Below, piece by piece: positions 55,110 to 64,000 of a stretch of DNA of 64,000 nt; the first letter of the stretch is position 1; each line of letters opens with the position of its first letter. The position numbers and the translations under genes are program-made. The stretch lies in assembly GCA_973895155.1 (NCBI GenBank), contig OZ316891.1, forward strand, positions 23,145,884 through 23,209,883, read 5' to 3'. Source of the stretch: Marsupella aquatica. Taxonomy: Eukaryota; Plantae; Marchantiophyta. The notes beneath the pieces were generated by a model. The model was not told where the DNA came from and did not search any database. It saw nothing but the letters and a program-made list of their open reading frames with translations.

Positions 55110-55637
55110 TAGCGCCTGGCGCTAAGTAAGGGAGATGAAAACTTGAGGCTCCATATGCACATATTGATGGATGGTTTGCCAAGAATCATCTCAGATGACA
55201 AGATTGTATCGAGTACACCTTTGATAGCGCCAGGCGCTAGCAAATATGTATCATGCATATCTGGTCCGTAACGATAACTCCCAAAGCTAGATTACGTGCG
55301 CTATCAAAGTTGTACTCTATAATCAAACGGTAACTTTAAAGGGTAATCAGGTTAATGTTTATTAGCGCCCGACGCTAGTAAAGTATTCGAAAAGAAATGT
55401 TATGTTCTTGAAGGAATATTATCTTCCGTGTTATATATGAGAGGATAAAGAGACAAGAACGACATCTCCCTATGATAGCGCCAGGCGCTAACAAAACTTA
55501 GAGTGAAGTTTTGAAGGGTCTAGACTGCCAATTTTTACTAGCGCCTGGCGCTAGTAAAAACTTATATGCTAAATATGATGTTCATGTTAGATTCAAGGAA
55601 CCTTCACAACGGACAACAATGATAGCGTCGGGCGCTA
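55110..55637. promoter_or_regulatory. Cluster of six TAGCGCCWGGCGCTA-type palindromes between the divergent transposase and ParB-MTase genes
   Basis: Copies at 55110, 55225, 55363, 55476, 55539 and 55623. A regulatory or binding role is inferred. Confidence 0.6.
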
Positions 55638-56047
55638 TCTAATAACGACTCGCTATTCAATGGTAACTTCAACGGACATTTTAGTCGATTCGAGTATAAT
55701 ATTTATGGAAGTAGCAGGTCCACGATAACTTAAACGGATACCTCTTTACGAACTATGAGGTCTACTGGTCAGTCCCAGATTTAATCAACGGTGCATTTCG
55801 CTCCAGGTGTCCAACGTCCCCCGACTCACATGCCGCCAGAAGTCCAGTCATCGTACATTTAGGGTACTTTGCTTCCTTTGGAATTGTTCCTGCTGAGGCA
55901 GATTCTTCTCATTTGCGTTGGTGTCATTGAGGGATGCGTGTAAGGAGAATCCGCACGATTAAGCGTACGAACTCCCAAACAAAATCCCGTATGAAACAAA
56001 ATTGAACGGCAAAAATCTCCGCATCGCAGTTGAGAGAGTATATCAAA

Positions 56048-59000
56048 ATGGGGTGTGGGTCGCCAAACCATTCCCAGTCCTCAGAGTCATCGTATTCCAG
56101 TTGTGTTTCAAGTCGAAGAGTAACTCGTTCCATAGCGCAGTATCCTCTCAGTCAAGTTGAGCTTCCCTGTCCAAAACCGAGGCTATTGAAAATGGAACAT
56201 GTTGGTGAGTTTGCCGTTCAGAATGTCGATGACATTGAGAAATTGGTGGTCGATGTCATTGAAAAGCACGTGATGTCATTTGGAGTTGATGCGAATGGGT
56301 TACCAAAGGAGCCTCCAAGAATTCCTTTATGTTGTCTCGTTCACATGGAGGTTGTGCGCACTCTTCAGAGGAACAGTCAATCGATTGAGAAGCTGAAGGA
56401 CTCGTTCCGGACATCTGGATACAATTCGTCCATTGGCATGCGCTTTTTTGTTCAACCATCCAACGCTGAAGGTAATCCTCAGATTTGTACAGATGAAATT
56501 CGCGGTACTTGGGATCCTCTTTGGATCATGGAGAACGACTTGTTCGAAGCGGAATGTGAATCAGACCCCGCTTTCCACGTCCTCAAGGACAAAATGTTCT
56601 ATGTTTTTGATGGAAATCATCGGTTGTTTTCGTGGACTCAAGTCACAAACGAGAGTCCAGAGAATCCTAAGTATCATCCTCGCGTGCAATGCACAATTTT
56701 CAAAGGAGAGAAGGCATCAATCATCGAGATTGAGGCAGCGATGCATATTGTTAACCAGTGAGTTTTCTTTCACCACCGACTAGTCTTCTCAAATTTTATT
56801 GTTTCCCTTCGACAATTTCTCTCTTTTTCAGATTGTATTGTTAGGTTAGCGCCAGGCGCTATTTCTAATGTCCTCAATTGCACAGGACGGGACAGGCAGT
56901 GGTAGAGTCTTCTTGGATTTTGGATGCGGACAGAATTAGGAGGATTTTGGCTCATGATCTGGAGTACTACAAACCCATAATTGATGAGGCAAATTATGCA
57001 AAATTCGAGAAGACCAGGAAAGAAACCCGAAAGGGTTCTTGGTTTACCAAGAAGATGCCGATGGAGGCGTTGGTATACATCTTGTGTGAAAACAAGATCA
57101 AATTGTACTCGCAGCAATTTCAGGTGATGAAGAACCAGGCGAGCAGTTCCGACGCTCCATGGTCGGTCGAAGAGACAAATCTTTGTCACAGTCAGATGAT
57201 GAAGGAAGCCACTAAGGAGTGGATTGTGAAAACTCCAAAGCTCACTTCCTTGCTGAGCCCAGAGTTTGAAGATTTCATGGACACTTGTGCTGAGATGTAT
57301 TGTCTTACAGATCGACTCAAACGTGAAAAGGTACCTGAAGCTGTATTCTGCACCATGGATAGAGCTCGCTTGTTCACTGCCAATTTGGCATTAGATCCAA
57401 AATTGCAAAGTACATTGCTTGTTGCACATTGTACTCCCGAGTTAAGGAAACAGTTTTTCCATCCGCTCGGAGTATCGGACGACCCCGTGAAGTAGTGGTG
57501 CCACACCTGGCATGTTTGGAACACAATTGAGGGGATGGCAACTGCTCTCCTCGAGGCATGTTTGAAGGAGGCTATGGGTTCATGCACCGAACAACGTCTT
57601 ACAACACTCGGTGGAGAACTGATTCCCTTTGAGAAGTTGAAGGCTTTGATTGTAGATGATTTTAGAAAGTATGGGGATTCCGTAAGGGCCAAGTTTTTCA
57701 ACACTATTTGGGAGTCCAAGTACGCTGACAAGGAGGATTTGAGTGAAGTTAACCGCAAGAGAGCCAAGAGATATTTGTATCGATACTATGTGAAAATGGA
57801 GAGGAGTGACCCGGGCTATTTCTGGGCTTATCCTGGTGCCTTCCAGAAATGGGCCGTTGTGAATATGAGGTCCGAAGTGTCTGGAGACTTTCTTGGGTAC
57901 ACCATGTACCCACCGGAGGGAAAATTTCCCCCAAGGAAAATGGCAAAGTGGGAGGTTGTGCATTGTCTGTGGTATCTTGACACAGACAAGTGGAATTCAC
58001 CGTTTGATGAGATAGAGAAAGATGCTTTTCACAAGTTATCAAAGAATTTGGAGCCCAGAAACATTTTGTCAAAGATGAAGCAGGGAATTGATGCCAAGAT
58101 TGATCTCTCGGCGATAGAGCTCCAACGGATTTGTGAGACGCAAGTCGTCCAAGTTGCAAGGAGTCGAAAACCAAGAGCAAAACCCAAGCAAGAAACAACC
58201 CCAAGTGGATCTAAAAAAGAGACCAAAAAAGTGAGTTCCTAATTTGGTAGCTTCAAATCTTCGTAATTTTCAGTCTTCTATATTGCTAGCGCCAGGAGCT
58301 GTTATTAATATAACAATTTCTCTAGCAGGATCTCGGAAATCAGATGCGGGGTTGGTGTCGGGTAATGCTTTGACTGCAACTCCGGAGCCTTCTCGTGACA
58401 ACAGTCTTGGGAAGGATGAGGATCGACCAGAGGGGTCGGAGACCCCGAAAGATGTGAGTGCTCCGCCAGTGGATGCCACCAGCACTAGGAAGAAGAAGAA
58501 ACGTCACGTTTCTACTTCCGGTGGGTCTCATAGGGAAACGCTTGCGGCGACTGGTTTACAGAGGAATGTGGGGGACTTCAAGGGAAATAAAACCAGGCAC
58601 ACATTCGTGGAGTCTACCTTGGCAGAGTTCTACGATAGTGTGTTTCAAAAGGAAGAGAAGCCATCTTGGGTTTCTCAGGTAGAAACCTGGGGAAAGAATC
58701 TTGTGAAGTCGGGTTCTCGATCAAAGGGGGTTATTAGAGGTGGAAAAGTTAGGACATTTGGTGTGGATGCAGGATTTCTGTATTTGCCTACCGGATTGAG
58801 CCATCACTTTTGGACAAGAAAGTCCCGAAATGGAATGTGCAAGACCACTCTCTCCCTGGGGCTTTCTTTAGCGCAATGGACCCTTTCCTATCGGACGACG
58901 GAGTTCTGGCTATTCTTCACACTGGAGAATATGACCAGATTTTGGAAGTGATATCTGCATGCTAGCAGTCGCAAAAGTTTGACTGTATTGCATCGTATAC

Positions 59001-59765
59001 AGTTGTCATGGGGTTTCCTATGTACAAACCTAAGTCTGACACTCAAGTAATTAATGTCATTCATTTTGGCCAGCGCCAGGCGCTAATCTTGTATCTCTTT
59101 AATTTTGGCCAGCGCCAGGCGCTAATCTGTGTCTTTTTGTTTCATGGTCTTACTATTCTATTGTTTTGTAGATCTTCACGCTGCGGTTGGATATATTCTG
59201 TCGGGGTTTGCGAAAATCAACAATACCGAAAGATCCCAAGTTCCATCCATTGTTGCCTTCCGAAGATCCTTCAATTACAAATCTGATCGGATTTCCGTCT
59301 TTAAAGTTGGATCCAATACCAGAACTTGTGGCTTGTGGAAACGGGAGGCTCACAGTTGGTTTTATGCAGTCTGTTATAGAGATCATCTCTTGTCTAGGGG
59401 ATATTGTGATCGACTGGACCTGTTGCTCAAGAAGTTCATTCGTGGCGGGAGACTATTGTGGTAGATTTGTTGTTGGGGTGGAAGGGCGAACAGAGTTTGT
59501 CACGGCTTCAACGTTTACCTTAGCTGACCTTTTGGAGCCAAAGTCAGCTTTGACTCCAGAGAAGAGATTGTCAAGGAAAGGGAAAGAGAAGTTGGACAGA
59601 GTACGATCAATTTTGAACTTTGATTCCGAAGAGAGCGAGCCGGATGTTGCTGGGGAATCTGATGAAGAAGAGATTCCAGTTGTCAATCTAGGAGACGATG
59701 AGGCAGAGAAAAGAAATCCCTCGAGATCAAAAAGTGATTCCGAGGATGAGGAGTCTTCTGAGTAA
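56048..59765 (+). pseudogene. ParB/Srx-like N-terminal domain fused to a degenerate beta-class N4/N6 DNA-methyltransferase-like domain; 4 exons
   Basis: Exons 56048-56758, 56886-58230, about 58329-59046, and 59172-59765. ParB-like: IPLCCL..VVRTL..SIEKLKDSF..GY..MFYVFDGNHRLFSW. MTase-like: VDAGFLYLPTG (motif IV position), FLSDDGVLAIL, and FMQSVIEIISCLGDIVIDWTCCSRSSFVAGDYCGRFVVGVE (motifs X-I-II). Stops at 57493 and 58963; frameshift at about 58800. Confidence 0.72.
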
Positions 59766-59839
59766 TGCTCGTAAGCTCACTCCAAATGTACGACTGTTTT
59801 TAGCAACATATTTTTGGTAAACTTAGTGTTTGTTTTAAT

Positions 59840-60151
59840 ATGGATGAAACTTTCAGGTCAGAGTGGAATACGCGGAGAAGGTTTGAACTCCGGAAAACGA
59901 TCGCTGAAGCTATGGAGGTTACACCAGAAAAACCATTTATTCTCCCATCCTATGCTGAGAAAGCCGCCCAAAAAGTAGAGAGGGCTCAGACATTATCTTG
60001 GGAAACAAAAGGTCTGAGACTTAGAAGAGGTTCTGATAGGAAGTTTTTGGTGAACAAATTCGTGGATGACATGTGCCGGAGTGAGTTTGTGAACGACGAG
60101 GCGGAGTCGACCAATAGATCCGATAGTAGTGAGACAGAGTCATCTGAGTAG
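59840..60151 (+). CDS. Small hypothetical ORF (103 aa) or additional exon of the MULE cargo
   Basis: Open ATG-to-TAG frame with protein-like composition, 75 bp after the ParB-MTase stop. Its acidic ending (ESSE*) mirrors that gene's ending. Confidence 0.35.
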   Translation: MDETFRSEWNTRRRFELRKTIAEAMEVTPEKPFILPSYAEKAAQKVERAQTLSWETKGLRLRRGSDRKFLVNKFVDDMCRSEFVNDEAESTNRSDSSETESSE

Positions 60152-61769
60152 ATCAGTTATGAGAACCCCATTTGTATCAATTCCATCGTATATAAATGTT
60201 CAGACGTGAACAAATATTTGTAGTCAAGTTGGTATATTATGTTCTCAAGTGAGCTTGGAGAAATATGAAAGTTCAATATTTCACTTTAGCGCCTAGCTTC
60301 ATGCCAGAGACTATTGCAAAAATTGAATTCAGAATATTTTTGGGACATGCTCTGGGTGACTCGTATTTGTATAGCGCCTGGAGTTAACCAAATAACCCTA
60401 AACTTTCAGAATTTTCAAGGAACGAAAAAGATTTGGAAATGACTTTGTTTTTGATAGCGCCAGGCGTTAGCCAATAATATGCCTTCCGGAAGTAGTATTA
60501 CCGTTGAAGTTTTGTCGGTTAAGTTCATAAATTAATGAACGTTAGCACCCGTTGGGGAAATATTCCCCGTCGGTCCATTCTCATGAGTTGGTTTGGTCGT
60601 ATGTCCGTTGAATCAAAAAAACGGAGATACTTTGAGGGGGCATACATTCGAGTAATCCCTCCATACGAAGCTGTTCACATTGTGCTCTTGCGGTTTGGAA
60701 AGTATACTCTGCGCTTGAAGGTTGTTTCTTGCGCTACATGCGTTGAGTAACCCGATCAAAGTAACCATCGATGGACGATATGGAGCGTCCTGGTTTCAAT
60801 GTCGATAACGTTGTGCGGCCCCAAAGGAAAGTGCCAGCATCGGAGGAGTAGACCGATCAGACGGTCAACTTTGGGTCATCGACATTGATTGCAGACACCG
60901 AAAGTCGCCTGACCGAGACTTCCGACATAAGGAATCGTCTCCAACTGCCTGCGGACGAGGGTATGAGCCCGGGTGAACGGAACATTCCTTGGCTTCCTGA
61001 TTCTCCTCCGAGGCCATTTCAGTAGAGATTCTCAATTCATTATCCAACTCCCGAACATCCTCCATCGAATGTCTTCTGGGATGTGGAAATTCAGTCTGCT
61101 GAATTTCTTGGTCGTATCAATTTCTATGATACAAACCTTCCTGAGTCTTCATCGCACCCTTTGCGAAGGCTTCCAAGTGCACGGTACGTTGCAACTCGAA
61201 CATTTGGCTTTTGACAGAAGCCAAAACACAAGAAGGCAGGGCTCATCGACGAATGTGAGTCTTCGTTTGATCCGGGATCATCCTAGGATCATCGTGGTCA
61301 TGATCTTGGGTAGCGCCAGGCGCTACTCATTTCATGGAGGAGAACCACATCCGGTTCGTAGTTTGGAATTGGAGGAGGTGAACTTGCTGCTTCATTTTGG
61401 GGTTAGGTTAGGCTTGTGAATGGGTTTTTTCACCGTGGATTGCTCCGTTAGAGTGAGGTTGATTATAGTTTGCAGGGCTCAACGACGGATTTGGGTCTTT
61501 CTATGATCCGGCATTTTGAATAGACTTGTGGTTAGGCTCTTGGGCCTCCCGGAGATACTTGTTTCGCTGATGCGATCTATGATCCGGTGAATAATTTTGA
61601 ATTGCTGGAGGTGGACTTTAGGCTCCTCATTTTGGAATTTTGTATTGTGCTTCATTAGTAGAAGCGACGTGTATACACAATGTTTTCAATTTAGTAAAAA
61701 TCATTTTGGCTTGAGTTTTGTTAACTGGTATGATTACGTTTTTTCATTTTGAGTAGCGCCTTGCCGAGG

Positions 61770-64000
61770 GCAGAGATCGGCAAGGCTCAGGTCTACCTGG
61801 CAGAAAGGCCAGACCCAAGCAGGGATTACAACGGGTACCTCCTCAACCAACTGAAGAAGATCTTGAAGGAGGAACAGTAGGTGATCTGCGTGGGAAGCGT
61901 GTCCCGGCTTGGCTATCACATGCCGCTGTTGTGCCGGTATGCCAAAAGTCAAATCTTTGCCCCAGTACTTCCCCTATTGGCAAGGGCACCGGAGGAGGTT
62001 CCAGAGCAGGGGCCGGCACCAGAGAAGCCCAACCAGCCCGACAGTCCGATGATTGAGTAGGTGTTTCGGACAAGGAAAGAAGACTTGCCGATGCAGCAAC
62101 CAGGCATGCAAAATCTGCTGAAATTGCTGAAGGAAAAGAGAACGGTTCCAGCAACGGCAACAGTTCCGGCAATGGCAACGGCAACGGCACCGATACAAGA
62201 CGCTCCCCCAAAGGTCGGCCTAAGCTGACTCAGAAGGGAAGACCCCTTTATCGGAGCCAAGGAGAGAAGGAGGCCAGAACACAAGCCGGGAGTGTGAATG
62301 TATGTGGGAGCCTCAAGCCCCGAATCAGAGGCAGAGCAGCCTAAGGCTCCTTCCCGCGCAGAGCAGAGGGAGACGACAGCCTGGAAACCAGAGGAACCAG
62401 AGGCCATTTTCACGACTGGACCAGGGGAACAAAGGGAGAAGCCGGGAGTCCAAGTAGTGGAGGAGGCGGTGGAGGACTACAACAATGATAACTCTAGCTA
62501 TGGGTCGGATCATCATGTTCCAGGAGTAAGGACCTGTGGCCGATTTATCCCCACGCTTCCAAGAGTAGTTTGAGGGGACCCCACCCAATAGAGTAGCCCC
62601 GAGTCTCCCCCACCAGAGATTGCTCCCCCGAGCTTTGACGGCATAAAGCAGACGGCACAAGAATTTCAGGAGCGACTTAGGGAGGAAGAGAAAGCAGCCC
62701 TGGCTAGGGAGAAGGATTTACCAGGAGGAGATTGGCCGGAGGACATCAAGCGGCTTGCCAAAAAAAGAAGCAACCCTCTTGCCACCATAGAAGAAATCCG
62801 CAAGGCGGCTTGGGAGCAAAGGCCGCGGTGGTTGATGCCGATGACTTCTAGTTACTCCACCTATGCTAAGGGTAGAGCCATGGAGTACGGGGAGATGTGT
62901 GGGGACCTGGCGCTCAGCATCTTTGGGGAGGAGTTGGAGCAGGGACCCTTTTTCCAGAGGGAGATGTTGGAAAAGCACCGATTAGAAGAAGCGGTGGCTT
63001 TGGAGAGAAGCAAGAAGGACAAGGTCATCCGGCGGCTTAGGGAGAAGGAAGCCAAGGTGGAAGTCCTGTAGGTGGCCAAGAAAGCCCAAGATGAGCTACG
63101 GATTAAGCGGCATGAGCTAAACATCATGCAGGGGCAGTTGGATACCGCTCAGTCTGACAATCAGATTATCAAAGATAAACTGACTCGGACCCAAGGAGAG
63201 TTGGCCGGCGCAGTCAAAGAAAGAGAGAAATGGAAGCGGGAGCGAAGGGATGCAGAGGAGGCCCACTTAGCAACCAACAATTGGGCAATGGTAGAGAACC
63301 AGAGAAGGGAGAGGGCGTTGAAAGGAGAGCTCAAAGATATCCGTGGAGCCCTTGAGCAGAAGGAAGCAGAGTTAGGGAAATCCTATCAAGGGATTATTGC
63401 GCTGTAGCAGGAGCTTGCATCCCTAACGGCCAGCTTCAAGGCTCACCTGCATGAAAAGGACAACCAGCTCGACCAAACTTATGCCAAGATGAATAAGATG
63501 GAGTCTGTGGTCGTAGCAGAGCTCGACAAGGAGCTAAGAGCAACCCAGGAGGAGAGGGCTACCTTAAAGAAAGAATTGGAGGAAGCCAACAAGGAGCTGG
63601 AGGAGGCGTGCAAGGACCTGGACGAGACCCAGGAGGAGTTGGAGGAAATCACAAGGAAGATGGAGAACCTATAGCGGCGGGCCGACAACCAAACAGAGCG
63701 GCTGAAGACACAAGCCGCAGTATTTAAATGCTTGGCTTCATCAGGTCCAACTCCAATTGGGGGAACCCAGTTACCAAGGGTAGTATTGGCCGCAGGACAA
63801 GCCGAAACACTCACCCCGGTGCCGAAGGTAAGTGGCAAAGGGAAGGAACCGGCTGTCGAAATAGGGAAGAAGAAGAAGCAGAAACCTTCTAGGTCTGGGA
63901 GTTATACGGCTTCTCAAGCCGTTGTGACCGAGAAGATAAACCCGACACCAATCTTTGGCATCGGCACGGCGATGGATCCACCAGTCCTAGGAAGTGGAGA
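61770..64000 (+). pseudogene. Decayed long coiled-coil ORF, probably a retrotransposon-associated accessory ORF fragment
   Basis: Abrupt shift to purine-rich, E/K/R-rich coding-like sequence. Heptad-like segments (ELDKELRATQEERATLKKELEEANKELEE) are broken by TAG stops at about 63069, 63405 and 63672. No RT or integrase motif is visible. Confidence 0.45.

Larger units (their letters stand above)
50760..61770. mobile_element. Large Mutator-like element with a GCM-type/SWIM transposase and ParB-MTase-like cargo; boundaries approximate
   Basis: The extent is defined by the transposase, the divergent cargo gene and the spread of the TAGCGCCWGGCGCTA palindrome (50764-61768). No TIR or TSD pair was identified. 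Confidence 0.6.

Noticed and set aside
56048-59765. Bacterial contamination as the source of the ParB-MTase gene
   Set aside because: The gene has GT-AG spliceosomal introns and sits beside a eukaryotic MULE transposase that shares the same palindromes.
61770-64000. SMC or myosin gene that would complete a partition-like system with ParB
   Set aside because: Generic coiled coil with multiple stops, no Walker motifs or hinge, no palindromes and a distinct composition. More likely a separate retroelement fragment.

Overview
Eukaryotic, intron-rich land-plant DNA (probably a bryophyte such as a liverwort; this is inference). A short host-gene island is flanked by nested DNA transposons. The island holds a complete 20-exon P5CS (17028-23654), a 3-exon DUF3128/Emi1-like twin-CX9C gene (25857-27149) and a decayed, possibly IRKI/GIL1-like gene. 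Left flank: a CACTA element (terminus at 12822) inserted in an intron of a MULE pseudogene. It carries a TnpD transposase, a PHD-only EDM2-like cargo gene and large tandem arrays. Centre-right: a CACTA region (terminus at 50408) with two divergent TnpD genes, a TnpA-like gene and a hidden SET-domain exon. That exon appears to share its first exon with the transposase, and the non-coding gaps are packed with a TAACGTCG motif. Right: a GCM/SWIM-type MULE whose divergently transcribed cargo is a ParB-like (DGNHR) plus beta-class N4/N6 DNA-methyltransferase-like protein, with about 17 copies of a 15-bp palindrome (TAGCGCCWGGCGCTA) in its introns and intergenic DNA. This ParB/parS-like arrangement in a plant transposon is the best candidate for an undescribed system. 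The recurring theme is transposons carrying chromatin reader/writer cargo together with element-specific non-coding motifs. Most TE ORFs in this copy are broken by stops, frameshifts or MITEs. All family assignments come from motifs recognised by eye, not from database searches.
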